DNA of 64,000 nucleotides from Limisphaerales bacterium. GTDB taxonomy: Bacteria > Verrucomicrobiota > Verrucomicrobiia > Limisphaerales > JAJOIW01. Each line of letters opens with the position of its first letter. The first letter of the stretch is position 1. The translations under genes and the position numbers were made by a program. Shown here piece after piece: positions 19,675-30,900 of this stretch. Where the stretch lies: assembly GCA_965657355.1 (NCBI GenBank), contig CBFHOE010000007.1, positions 32,001-96,000 of the forward strand. Reading direction: 5' to 3'. The notes below the pieces were generated by a model that was given only the letters and a program-made list of their open reading frames with translations, was not told the origin of the DNA and did no database searches.

Positions 19675-21165
19675 TTAATAATTTTTTTGGTTTGCTAATC
19701 CGGCTAAGTGGGTGGGCATTGGGCAACTTGAGCATAGAGGGTTTGATAGTCTGCAGAATTCCATTTCAATTTGGAGAAGGCCCTGTTGGATAATTGCTTT
19801 TCCTTTAGGCCCGGAATTTGGTTCACCAAATATCCTTTCTCTCAAATGCCGCGTCCTAGAATTCTCAGCTGATTGAGGTAGCGATTTCAGGAACTGTATG
19901 ACATGGAATTCCGACTCATTGGAACTTAGTTTCCCTCCTGCAGGAACTTGAGTAAGAGCCCATGGTAGTATGGCATTAACCAAGAGATCGATTAGAAGCT
20001 CTTTGCTCAAAAGAGAAACAGGTCGGGGCAAAGGAAAGTCTACAGAAAAATAATAGTATCTATTCCAAAATGTGTTGCCTGGAGGTTGAAGTATTTCCCT
20101 GAATGATTTTAATTTTGCGGAGAAATTATCACTTTTTCGATGGGCCCATATTTTTTCACGAATTTTTTCACCGAGGCCTTCCTGCATGAAGAGATAAGCG
20201 CCGAGAGCTAATCGCCTCTGAGGATGATGCAAGGGGCGTATATTCCTCATATTCCAAATATTTTGAGGGAGAACAGAATCAGACACTGTTCCCCTCATTC
20301 TCCACCAGTATTCCCAAATATTTCTAAAAAATTGGCCACAAGCATGGTCTGTTGAAATGTTGTTGTTAGTGATCCAGCCGCCTAATCCTAGTAACAAGGC
20401 CTGAGCCTCTATCCAAGATTCCATTTCTTTATGACAATTCTGTATAAACTTTTCAGCCAAATACCTCATTGGCCAGGAATTCTCGGGGTTCCCTAAAGCT
20501 GACATGATCCCCAAAAATAATGAGTTTTCATTGCCGTGATCTTGATTCCAAATCAAAAATCTTTGCGATTTTGCTCGAATACGACTCACCCCCGCGGAGG
20601 ATAATATTTCTTCAGAACTTTTTATCGAAAAGGAAGAAAATTGATTTTTACAGCGTCCTGAATGAAATGATGTCGGCTCAAGGCCGCTGGACTTTTTATA
20701 CAAACCTAAAATAGTTGAGAAATCAGAGTTAAGGTGACTACTTATTGATAAAACTGGGAAGGAAAGTTCCTTAAGGTTTGAAGAGTTTGCATCCAAATCC
20801 AAACGCGAATCTTCCCAGACAACCAAAAGAACGACATGGGCAAAACGAAAATTTTCGTGGTGTCCGTGATGGAACCAATTGTTTAAAGAAACCTCGACCT
20901 CGACGTCACCAGATAAAATTTCATTGTTTTCAATAAATAAAACAGCTCGGGTAAAATCTGGCCCAGCGCATTTATTCCAGTGACCTGGGTGCACGATCTT
21001 GACATTTTGGCCAGTGTCACACCTTAAATTTTCTCCTTTTATGAATTGATGAAACCAAATCCATTGCACAAGGTTTTCATTGATTTTAGGTCCGCAATTC
21101 ACTTCATCATTCCCCGAGCCCATTGGGGATAACTCGCCATTCATATTACAAATAAATAATTTCAC
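19675..21165 (-). CDS. DUF2851 family protein
   Basis: 'ENLVQWIW', 'IVHPGHWN..GPDF', 'GDVEV', 'W..HGHHEN..F..VVL', 'RPLHHPQRRLA', C-terminal 'QQGLLQ...C.....C..C'. Confidence 0.8.
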   Translation of the reverse strand: MKLFICNMNGELSPMGSGNDEVNCGPKINENLVQWIWFHQFIKGENLRCDTGQNVKIVHPGHWNKCAGPDFTRAVLFIENNEILSGDVEVEVSLNNWFHHGHHENFRFAHVVLLVVWEDSRLDLDANSSNLKELSFPVLSISSHLNSDFSTILGLYKKSSGLEPTSFHSGRCKNQFSSFSIKSSEEILSSAGVSRIRAKSQRFLIWNQDHGNENSLFLGIMSALGNPENSWPMRYLAEKFIQNCHKEMESWIEAQALLLGLGGWITNNNISTDHACGQFFRNIWEYWWRMRGTVSDSVLPQNIWNMRNIRPLHHPQRRLALGAYLFMQEGLGEKIREKIWAHRKSDNFSAKLKSFREILQPPGNTFWNRYYYFSVDFPLPRPVSLLSKELLIDLLVNAILPWALTQVPAGGKLSSNESEFHVIQFLKSLPQSAENSRTRHLRERIFGEPNSGPKGKAIIQQGLLQIEMEFCRLSNPLCSSCPMPTHLAGLANQKNY

Positions 21166-21321
21166 ATCTCCAAACGATAATCTCAGTAATCGTTTGCTTG
21201 TTTGACGCCCACATGCATCGACCGATTATTCATTTTAGTCTTTTTTTGAAAATGGTAAAGGGTAACATAAAAGGTATAATTACTATTTGGATTAGACGAG
21301 ATTCAGACTGGTAGAGGGATT

Positions 21322-22728
21322 ATGGAAAAGTTGAAGTCATATATTTCCTTAGGAATCATTTTATTTTGTTTTCAAACAGGTTTCGCAATAGAGGCCAAGG
21401 TGGAAATGCCTGAGGTTAAATTCGGAGACCCCGGCATCAGGTTAACCCCCACGGTTGAAGCAGTTGGTAAAGCTATGCCAGCGGTGGTGAACATTAGCAC
21501 TGAGCAGGTCAGATTAAAACAAAGCCCAGTGGATCAACTCTTCAGAGAGTATTTTGGTTATTCTTGGCAATCAGTGCCCAACGACCCCCAAAGAAGCCTA
21601 GGGTCGGGGGTGATTATTGATTCTGACGGTTACCTCTTGACCAATTACCATGTGATTGAAAGAGCTTCTAAAATTAATATTACTTTAGCTGAGACAAAAG
21701 AACAGTTTGAGGCTGATGTAATAGCTACAATGCCAAAGACTGATTTGGCCCTTTTGAGAATAAAAAATAAGGGCTCAAGAGATTCATTTCCTTTTATTGA
21801 GTTTGAAAATGCTGACGATCTTCTTTTAGGAGAAGAAGTTTTAACCCTAGGCAACCCGTTTGGCCTAGGAGGCTCAGTGAGTAGAGGTATTCTGAGTTCC
21901 AAAAACCGAAGACCAATACCAGCCGGAGAGCAACTTGAGGTTGACGATTGGCTGCAAACCGATGCGGCCATTAATCTCGGTAACAGCGGAGGGCCGCTTA
22001 TAAACCTCAATGGAAAACTCATAGGAATTAATGTAGCGACAATCAGCGAAGGGCAAAACATAGGTTTCGCCATTCCTATCAGAAGGGTCATGGAGACCAT
22101 AGTTTACATATTTAATTCAGAAAAAATAAAACGCTCCTGGATTGGAATGCAATTAAATCCAGTTGCGCCGAAACCATTAATATCTGGAATAGAAAAAGAT
22201 AGCCCAGCGAGTCAGGCTGGACTATTGGTTGGAGACATCGTCACTCATTTTAATAATAGAGAAATTCAAAGTTTGTTTGACCTTCAGAAGATGTTAGTTC
22301 AGGCGTTGCCTGGTGAGAAATTTTTTCTCACCTTACAAAGACAAAATGAAAAAAAGGCGATTATAGAAATAACTCCAATAGGTCTTTCTGACTACTTTAA
22401 TGCTGGTTATTTAAAAAAGCGCACTGGCTTATTGTTGAGGAATATCTCACTCCCAAACCCAGCAGCACTGAAGGTCTCAACTTCGAACGCATTCGAAATA
22501 ATTGACATAGTTGAAGAAAGTCCAGCGGCAGATGCCGGGCTTTTGCAGGGTGATATCATTACCAGCATAAATAACAAAGAATTTAAAAGCCTGGAGGACC
22601 TCGGTTGGTGGTTTTCCTATTACCCAACAGATTCAACGGTCGACATAGGCATCCGACGCCCAGAGTATTTTGCTCCAGCCAGAGGAAACTACTATCTCTC
22701 TTACAAAGGACAACTAAAGATCAACTAA
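21322..22728 (+). CDS. HtrA/DegP-like serine protease with two PDZ domains
   Basis: Signal peptide, 'LGSGVII', 'TNYHVI', 'DLALL', 'QTDAAINLGNSGGPL', two PDZ 'SPA..AGL..GD' motifs. Confidence 0.95.
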   Translation: MEKLKSYISLGIILFCFQTGFAIEAKVEMPEVKFGDPGIRLTPTVEAVGKAMPAVVNISTEQVRLKQSPVDQLFREYFGYSWQSVPNDPQRSLGSGVIIDSDGYLLTNYHVIERASKINITLAETKEQFEADVIATMPKTDLALLRIKNKGSRDSFPFIEFENADDLLLGEEVLTLGNPFGLGGSVSRGILSSKNRRPIPAGEQLEVDDWLQTDAAINLGNSGGPLINLNGKLIGINVATISEGQNIGFAIPIRRVMETIVYIFNSEKIKRSWIGMQLNPVAPKPLISGIEKDSPASQAGLLVGDIVTHFNNREIQSLFDLQKMLVQALPGEKFFLTLQRQNEKKAIIEITPIGLSDYFNAGYLKKRTGLLLRNISLPNPAALKVSTSNAFEIIDIVEESPAADAGLLQGDIITSINNKEFKSLEDLGWWFSYYPTDSTVDIGIRRPEYFAPARGNYYLSYKGQLKIN

Positions 22729-22772
22729 ATTGCCCGCAGGCCACAGGAGCCATTTGGCCTCAATTTTTGCTT

Positions 22773-23762
22773 ATGATCAGTGTTACAAATTTAACAAAGT
22801 CTTTTGGAAATATCCCAGTTTTGAAAGGAATATCCTTTTCAGCATCCCACGGCATAACTGGATTTTTGGGACCCAATGGAGCCGGTAAATCGACCACAAT
22901 GAAGATCATCGCCGGCTGCTTGGCAGCCGATACGGGACAAGTTTCAATTTGTGGATACGACATTCTCACTCAATCCAGGCAAGCAAGATCTGTCATAGGA
23001 TTCATGCCTGAGTCAACGCCCTTAGATTGGGATATGAACGTGGGTCGTTTTTTAAGATTTAGAGCTCAATTAAAAGGCATATCCAGTAAAAGAGCTGATG
23101 AGCAAATGAACAAAGTTGCAAATCAGTGCCAATTGGAAGATGTCTTAAACCGAAGAATTGGAAACCTTTCGAAAGGCTTTAAACAAAGAGTAGGATTGGC
23201 AGATGCTTTGATTCATGATCCGTCAATTTTGATTCTGGACGAACCAACATCAGGCCTTGATCCAAACCAGATTCGCTCATTGAGAAATGTGATAAAGTCT
23301 ATATCAGAGTCTCGAACTATCCTTCTCTCAAGTCATGTTTTGGCCGAGGTTGAAGCAACCTGTGATCGGGTCATTGTCATTAACAAAGGCCAAATCTTAG
23401 CTAATGATTCATTAAGCAATATCAAAAATAAGGTCAGTGATTCTTTTCAGATTCAAGCCTCTGTTTGCGGCGATAAACAAGTGATAGAAAATTCAATCAA
23501 TAGCATCTCAGGGGTTCATTCCTTCTCAATTTCAAGCGAAAATTGTAATAGTGATAAAAATCAAAAATATGAGATCCAAATAGAATTTCCGACAGGGATT
23601 AATAAATTAGAATTTGAGCTAATAGCTCCAAAAGTAGCCAGAACTTTTGTCGAAAATAATATAGACCTCATTGAATTAACTCAGTCTCAAAGAAACCTGG
23701 AGGATATTTTCCAAACACTCACACTAGATTTAGGCAAAAACGAATCATTATCTATTAAATGA
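22773..23762 (+). CDS. GldA-like ABC ATP-binding protein
   Basis: 'GFLGPNGAGKSTTM', 'LSKGFKQRVGLA', 'ILDEPTSGLDPNQI'; start ATG 22773. Confidence 0.92.
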   Translation: MISVTNLTKSFGNIPVLKGISFSASHGITGFLGPNGAGKSTTMKIIAGCLAADTGQVSICGYDILTQSRQARSVIGFMPESTPLDWDMNVGRFLRFRAQLKGISSKRADEQMNKVANQCQLEDVLNRRIGNLSKGFKQRVGLADALIHDPSILILDEPTSGLDPNQIRSLRNVIKSISESRTILLSSHVLAEVEATCDRVIVINKGQILANDSLSNIKNKVSDSFQIQASVCGDKQVIENSINSISGVHSFSISSENCNSDKNQKYEIQIEFPTGINKLEFELIAPKVARTFVENNIDLIELTQSQRNLEDIFQTLTLDLGKNESLSIK

Positions 23763-24559
23763 CCAAACCTGAAACAGAAGAAGATCACTTTGATAAGGAA
23801 AGTGTTTCGCCCACTCTTTTAATTTGGCGAAAAGAAATCAATGGCTACTTAACATCTACAACGGGTCACATCGTCATTACCCTGAATGCATTATTATTAG
23901 GCGGCTTCTTTACCATATTTATCGAACTACTCAACCAAGTTCCCACAGACACACCTATCACTGAACTATTTTATGACTCATACTTTTTTTGGATACTTTT
24001 GTTCATTGGAGCTCCTGTGATAACGACCCGAGCTTTTTCCCTTGAAGCATCTCGAGGCACATTGGATGCAACTCTTGCGACCCAGGCCCCGACTTACGCT
24101 CTTGTCACTGGTAAGTGGGCTGCAAGTTTGACCTTTTTTCTGCTGACATGGATACCTTGGCTCGGGTGTATGGCTGTGATTTACACGATCCCTAATACTC
24201 CTCCACCATTCTCCTGGGAACAATGGGCCAGTACGGGGCTGGGACTTTTACTAATGGGAGGTTTTTTCATCTCAGTTGGTTGTCTATTTTCTTCTATGAC
24301 GTCGAATCAAATCGTCAGTGCCATGGCAACATTGGTCTTGTGTCTTGGGTTATTTAGCCTGAGTTTTTTGGATCAATGGTCGAACCCGAATGAGAATTTA
24401 TTGCAGTCCTTGATATCTCAAATAGGAATAGTGAACCATATGGGAGATTTTGTTAGAGGAATAATAGATACAAGGCCAATAGTATTTTATATTTCTTCAA
24501 CGTGTGTCTGCCTATATTTAACAACTATAACTCTGGAGAGGAGACGTTGGGTAACATGA
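23759..24559 (+). CDS. GldF-like ABC-2 permease
   Basis: 6 TM, 'TRAFSLE..RGTL', 'SSMTSNQIVS', 'DFVRGIID'; overlaps ATPase gene by 4 nt. Confidence 0.88.
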   Translation: MTKPETEEDHFDKESVSPTLLIWRKEINGYLTSTTGHIVITLNALLLGGFFTIFIELLNQVPTDTPITELFYDSYFFWILLFIGAPVITTRAFSLEASRGTLDATLATQAPTYALVTGKWAASLTFFLLTWIPWLGCMAVIYTIPNTPPPFSWEQWASTGLGLLLMGGFFISVGCLFSSMTSNQIVSAMATLVLCLGLFSLSFLDQWSNPNENLLQSLISQIGIVNHMGDFVRGIIDTRPIVFYISSTCVCLYLTTITLERRRWVT

Positions 24560-26046
24560 TAACCGCCCGCAAGGTTCAGCCCGGTTTTTCCAAAGAAAAC
24601 CGAAAAAAACTCAAGTTTTATATATCTATTTCAATGATTTGCATTGGAATACTGTGGCTTTTAATTAACTATGCTTCAACAGCAATTCATCTAAGAAAAC
24701 ACATTGCTAGTGACTCAAATCACTCATTGTCTCCCTTTACACATCAAATCCTGAACCTTTTAGATAGTCCACTTGAGATTATCTTATATTTTAATCCAGA
24801 TAGAGACACCTTCGAATCATTAGACATGCTCACGAGAGAATATGCACTAGCCGACTCGCATGTGAGAATCAAACATGTAGATTATCAGAGTGATCCCGCA
24901 GCAGCACAGATTGTCAAAAATGAGTATAAAATGGCGTTTGGAGGTGAGAAGGATGTCGTATTATTAAAATATAAAAGTGAATATCGGGCTATACTTGATA
25001 ATGAACTTTCTGTTTTGGATGTAAACCCACTTCTTCAAGGCACAAGCAAGGAGATAAAAAGGTCCGCATTTAAAGGAGAGCAGGCCATCACATCAGCCAT
25101 CCTCAGCCTAACATTAAAAGATGAAAAAAAAGTGGCTTTTATCACAGGCCATCAAGAATACTCCATAGCAGATACCGCAGATAATTTTGGTTTTTCGCGA
25201 TTTGCACAGAGCCTTGAGAGAAATTTGTGTGAAACTGGGAACATTTCTTTGTCGGGAACAAATTCAATTCCAGGCGATGCCGATTTATTAGTATTAGCAA
25301 ACCCATCGACGAGCTATTCACGTACAGAATTGGTAAAAATAGCCAATTATATTGAATCGGGTGGTAGGATACTTGCACTCGTTGGTTCCAGGACCAAATC
25401 AGGTTTGGAAGTGTTGTTTTCCAATTATGGAATCGGTATCGAAGACAATGTTTTATTAGACGTCGCAAACAGCAGCAACCCTTCAGGGACTGATATGTCT
25501 TTAACAAACTTCAGTGCACACCCAATTACCCGTCCGATTTATGGAGGCCAATTATACATGATAATGCCTCGCTCTGTGCACTCATTAGAGAAGGTTATTC
25601 CGCCTAGTGAAAACCTTACAATAGAAGAGATACTTTACTCGAATAACACTGCTCAAGAAATCAGATCATACAAAGATAATCGACTTATACCGTCACCGGG
25701 CGACCGGGTAGGAGAATTTCCCCTAGCCGTTCTATCAACTAAAAAAGTATCTACGCCTGAAGGAAATAAAATCGCCAAAATCCTGGTTATCGGAGAATCA
25801 TTATTTTTGGGTAACACGGGAATACAAAGTCTGATGAATTATGAATTTGGGCTGCAATGCGTGAACTTTTTATTGGAGAGAGATTTATTCATTAATAATA
25901 TTCCTCCTAAACCTGTAAAGGAATTTGAGTTGGTATTAACCAGGGATCAAAAAATAAAAATGCGTTGGCTTCTGCTTCTGGTGATTCCGGGATTATTCTT
26001 TTTTGCTGGTTTGATTATTCATATCAAAAAAGCTCCGAATACATAG
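24556..26046 (+). CDS. GldG-like ABC auxiliary component
   Basis: N- and C-terminal TM, 'FKGEQAITSAI', 'FITGHQE', 'HPIT'; ATGA overlap with the previous stop. Confidence 0.85.
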   Translation: MITARKVQPGFSKENRKKLKFYISISMICIGILWLLINYASTAIHLRKHIASDSNHSLSPFTHQILNLLDSPLEIILYFNPDRDTFESLDMLTREYALADSHVRIKHVDYQSDPAAAQIVKNEYKMAFGGEKDVVLLKYKSEYRAILDNELSVLDVNPLLQGTSKEIKRSAFKGEQAITSAILSLTLKDEKKVAFITGHQEYSIADTADNFGFSRFAQSLERNLCETGNISLSGTNSIPGDADLLVLANPSTSYSRTELVKIANYIESGGRILALVGSRTKSGLEVLFSNYGIGIEDNVLLDVANSSNPSGTDMSLTNFSAHPITRPIYGGQLYMIMPRSVHSLEKVIPPSENLTIEEILYSNNTAQEIRSYKDNRLIPSPGDRVGEFPLAVLSTKKVSTPEGNKIAKILVIGESLFLGNTGIQSLMNYEFGLQCVNFLLERDLFINNIPPKPVKEFELVLTRDQKIKMRWLLLLVIPGLFFFAGLIIHIKKAPNT

Positions 26047-26053
26047 AACCATT

Positions 26054-27904
26054 ATGATCCAGCGATTCCCATACAAACTCATTTTCATTACGCTTGTGGC
26101 AATCTCGGCTACATTGGTTTTTATTCCGCCATGGGATAGGTCAAAGAAAACCGAGGAGCCAATACTTCATAGTTTGGACGTCAAAGATATAGAGGCTATT
26201 TCCATAGCTATCGGAAGCGGTACTAATAAATCAAGCGTTCAATTAACTCAGTCAAATAATAAAAAGTGGTATGTCGATGACAAAAATGGAAATTCATTCG
26301 AGGCTCACTTACCATTAATAGAGACGCTTCTTTTACAACTTGAAAATAAATGGACGGAAATACCATCTCCACCCGATGCATCTTCAGAGGCAGGTCAAAA
26401 ATTATTAAAGGACATGGAGCTTTCTCCTGCGAAACTGACTATGACTTTGGGGACGAAATCAGGCTTAAATTTAGTTTTGGTATTCGGTAGCAAACTGGAT
26501 GGGCAGGACTTCTGCTACATAAGCGATCAGAATTATTCTTCAGTCGCCTTAGCACCGATAGAGCTTCAAAATATGGCTATTCAACCAGCTCTGTATTGGA
26601 GAAAACGCCAAGTTATTGACCTTGAGGAGAGCCCTTATGATAGCATCACTATAACATCACTATACGGAAAAATTGGTTTAAAGAAAAATACAGCATCCCA
26701 AACATGGACTTTGGCTACACCAATTAAAGAGGAAGCTGACACGCAGGAAATAGAGAAAAAAATTCGCTACCTTTCCCAAATTAATGCGATAGAATACCGA
26801 CCAAAATCAGATAGTTTCGAAACCACATTTGCATTGAGGTTAAATTTTTTGAATGAGGGTATAAATCTGAGATCTTATGAATGGCGTCAAATTCGGAGAC
26901 CTGAGGAAGATCCAGCCAATGAAGGTGAGCCACCTCTATTTATTTTAACTGAATCAATATCCGGTTCACGAGCGATTGTTACAGGTGAAGCTATCCCTAT
27001 GTGGACAATAGCTCCAGATGATTTGAGAAACCGACAATTCCTCAGCTTCTCTCCGAATGAGGTGGCGGGTGTTTCGATAGAAATAGGTGAGGAGCAAAGT
27101 TTCGAATTAGTTAAAAATAAAGTCAGTAACACATGGAAGATAGAACTCCCATCTCAAGGGTTTGAATTTCCGGCTCAAACCAGGAAGATCGATTCTTTTA
27201 TACGGCATGCATCTTTGATGAAAATCTACAAATTCCCCACCCTCGATTGGGATCAAGCTACAGCTGTTCATTTAGACCCGCCGATCGCCAGATACAAATT
27301 TTGGAAATTAAATGACGAGGCAAAAAAGAAAATTCCACTGGCTACATTAAGTCTCGGCAGACTTAATCAAAAAGATGAAATAATTTATGCCTCAAGAATG
27401 AAAGAGAAAACTATCTTCGCTCTCCAACCGGTGGATGGGTTGTCTATGCCACAAAATTATTATCAATTAAGAGACGGACGACTATTCCCATCGCTAGATG
27501 AAAATTTAAAAATTACAGAGCTGCACTGGACTTCAAAGAACGCTGATATAAAATTCACAAGATCACTTGATAGAGGAAATTGGAAAGGCTTGGAAAATTT
27601 AGAAAATGCAGTCCTGGAAGAATTTTGCATAAAGTTACTCAATTATACATTTGATGACTGGAGAGGGTTCGGACAATCCTCTGTGGAGTCATTCCGAATT
27701 TCCAAACCAGGCGATGTGGGGAAAGGCTTAAAAATTGCGCTTTCAGACGGATCAGAAAAAATTCTGCAATTTGGGAGATCCACTCCTCGAAGAGGAATCT
27801 ACACAGCCGTTGATTTTGAAGAGGGAACGTATATTTTCGATTTTTCAAAAGATCTCATCGATACAATATCTGCAATAGATGAAATCCGTCTCTATTTTAA
27901 ATAA
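26054..27904 (+). CDS. DUF4340 repeat protein
   Basis: N-terminal anchor, repeated 'W....P....A' and 'LR.R..' units; typical position after gldG. Confidence 0.7.
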   Translation: MIQRFPYKLIFITLVAISATLVFIPPWDRSKKTEEPILHSLDVKDIEAISIAIGSGTNKSSVQLTQSNNKKWYVDDKNGNSFEAHLPLIETLLLQLENKWTEIPSPPDASSEAGQKLLKDMELSPAKLTMTLGTKSGLNLVLVFGSKLDGQDFCYISDQNYSSVALAPIELQNMAIQPALYWRKRQVIDLEESPYDSITITSLYGKIGLKKNTASQTWTLATPIKEEADTQEIEKKIRYLSQINAIEYRPKSDSFETTFALRLNFLNEGINLRSYEWRQIRRPEEDPANEGEPPLFILTESISGSRAIVTGEAIPMWTIAPDDLRNRQFLSFSPNEVAGVSIEIGEEQSFELVKNKVSNTWKIELPSQGFEFPAQTRKIDSFIRHASLMKIYKFPTLDWDQATAVHLDPPIARYKFWKLNDEAKKKIPLATLSLGRLNQKDEIIYASRMKEKTIFALQPVDGLSMPQNYYQLRDGRLFPSLDENLKITELHWTSKNADIKFTRSLDRGNWKGLENLENAVLEEFCIKLLNYTFDDWRGFGQSSVESFRISKPGDVGKGLKIALSDGSEKILQFGRSTPRRGIYTAVDFEEGTYIFDFSKDLIDTISAIDEIRLYFK

Positions 27905-27906
27905 AA

Positions 27907-30900
27907 ATGAACTCGGCCGATAAAGGTCACATTAAAACCCCCTCGAAAATGTCTACCCGGCGTTGCGTAAATAAGAAAATTGCTAAGCCTAGATTAAGGC
28001 GACTATTTCGAATTTTCACAATATTTGGGCTTTGTTCCATGCTGCTCTCACTAGGCTGGTTGAATTTTTTTGGTATACCGAAGCCTTTTCACCCGTATAT
28101 CACAGATTTGTTGAATAGTGATGGGGTTAATGTTGATTTCTCACGCATTAACTTCAACATTTTATCGGGCATTATCATTCGCGAAGGATCATTATCAACC
28201 GAATCTGTTGATGCAAAATTATTAGTAGAATTTGATGCTGCAAAAGTAGGCTACCGATTTGCTAATTCTAAGCTCCTCCCCTCTTCTATCAATATTGATG
28301 GCGGGGCCATCAAATTGACCACAAAGCAAAATTCATTGACCATATGTGAAGGGATTAAAACAAGTTTGGGATTTTCGAAGAATGATGTGACCAAGATTTC
28401 AAATTTTACCGGCGATTTCCTAAGCGGAAAAATTCAGATGAATGGGACTATTACCAATGCCTGGAAAGCGATTTCAAATCAATCAAATAGTCAAAGCTCA
28501 CTACCTCCAAAATATGGTCCTAATGAAATATCCGAAATACTTTTTCAAGCAAATTCCTATTTAGCGAATACCGGTCCGTCACTAAAAATACATTTCTCAG
28601 GTAATGCAGAGCGTCCCCAGAGTTTTGAAGCGGACATATTCCTTAACGCCCCAAAACTTTCATCGAATCATTTTTCAATCACGAACCTGGTGACGACAAT
28701 AAAATATGCTCCACACAAAAAAGGTATCCAAAATTGCGCCATTTCGGTAAGGGCACGAGATGCGAGGTTAAAAATTTCAACAAATCAAATCTCATTCCAC
28801 GAACCTTTTCTAAAATTTACATTACCGGGCATTGAGGAGATCCAACAAAAAAAACAAGTTGTTGGCGGCAAAGATTTTGAAGGCGAAGGCAAACCCTCTG
28901 ATGTTTCAAAAATCGTTAATAGAAATAATTCACTACCAGAGGCGTGGAGGCTGGTCAATAAACTCGGAAATTCATCTTTTTCATTTGCCTCGATAATTTT
29001 CAACGACCAGCTTGAAATTGAGCAACCAAAATTATCAATTATAAGATCAAGTAACACCAAGGGAACGGAAAAAACATTTCAAGTGAGCTCACAAATCAGC
29101 TCCATAAGCTCGAATGATATCCGCTCAAATGAAATAAAAATAAATATTTCTTCAATACGGGACATAGCGTTATTTGCATCCCAAATCAGCAATTTTGAAA
29201 ACGAGAAATGGCTTGAGGATTCGTATGATCAACTTTTTGCTATTCAGGCTAAGGTTGACGATCTCTATGTAAAAGGTGTTGAAATAGGGACGCTGCGTTT
29301 ATCTCCAATAAATACGTCATCCGGTGATATTATGAATCAAACTTCATTTTCAGTGGATTTTCAAAGTGGTGAGAAAATTAGTGCGATTATATCTAAGAAC
29401 TCCGAGACAGAACCTGTATTGATAAGAGGTAAATCACATTATGATGTCAAAAAATGGTCACCTTTATTTGGCGAACAATTAGTTGATATACTTAGCAGAA
29501 TTCATTGGGACAAGCCACCATACGCAACCTTTCATTTAGGACCCTCGGCTTTTCCTAAAAGCATTAATTTCGACGATCTATACACCTGGTTTTCTGAGTC
29601 ATCAGATTTTAGAGGGCAGTTAGATATGGAATCAGGAAATTTCAAAGGTATCCCATTCCAAAATCTCAAGGGAAATTATTCATTTTCGGATCTTCATTGG
29701 TATTTAAAAGATGTTGAAATTAACAGGCCTGAGGGAACATTACAGATAAACTTTATCCAAAACGATATTTCCGGAGTCTACGACGTTGATATTATAGGTC
29801 CAATTTTCACAAAAGCTCTAAGGCCTCTTTTCGAAGAAAATTCTGAATACTATTTTTCAAAAATAGGAGAAACGGCACCAATGGTCGGCAAAGTCACGGT
29901 AGGTGGCCCATGGGATATGGATCTGGGTTGGGTCAAAGGTCATATTTCACACAAGAATTTATCTTGGAAGACAAATAAGGTCCAAAATCTCAATTTTTAT
30001 TTAGATTACAATGATACCGAAGGGATGCTGAGCCTAAAAAACGTCAAGATAGACAGCGATCCACACAAAATATTCACTAAAAGCTTAACCTACAACAGGG
30101 GCAGAGACTTTATCACAATAGATGGAGCTCAGGCAAAGTGTACACCACTGCTTATTGCTGACTGTATTTATGATGAACCTGTTGAATTATTGAATTCAAT
30201 GGGCTTTAAAAACCCAGGTATGTGGACTGGAGGTGGAACTATAGATCTTGGAAAAGAACCATCTTTAGTGGACCTTTTATTTTCTCTAGAGCATGATAAT
30301 CTCACACTTTTTGGTATTCAAAATTCAAATTTTACCTCTCAAATAGCCTGGCGTGATGATTACCTCATATTCAACAACTTAAAATCTGATGTTTTAGGTG
30401 GGCACGTATCGGGAAATCTGAACATAGGTATCGAAAATTTCGAAATGCCAACTTTTAGAGCCATCGCTGACGCCACCAAAATAAACCTAAATCAGATCGC
30501 CTCACATTTGCCCAACAAAAACAAAATAGATGGCCTAGCTGACATAAAATTTTCCCTAAAGGACGGCTATATCAAAGACCCTGACACCTGGGAGGCCGCC
30601 GGGGTTATAAAACTTCAAGATGGTGATCTATGGAGTATCCCACTTTTTGGCGCAGTAAGCTCAATTGTGGACGGGATAGTCCCCGGACTAGGGCATTCAG
30701 TTTTTAAAAGTGGCGAGATAAATTGGTCCATGAAAAATGGTATTATTGATCTCCTAAAATGTAATTTTTCGAGTAGTAAATTTGGTATTACTGCAACCGG
30801 AAAAATCTCGACAAATGGTAACGTCAATGGATCGGGAAAAGTAAAGTTTTTCCAAGCCAAGAGCCCCCTTCAACGAATGCTCAACCTATCTCTTTCGCCT

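Noticed and set aside
22605..22772. N-terminal extension of the GldA-like ORF
   Set aside because: Overlaps htrA; ABC domain begins at ATG 22773
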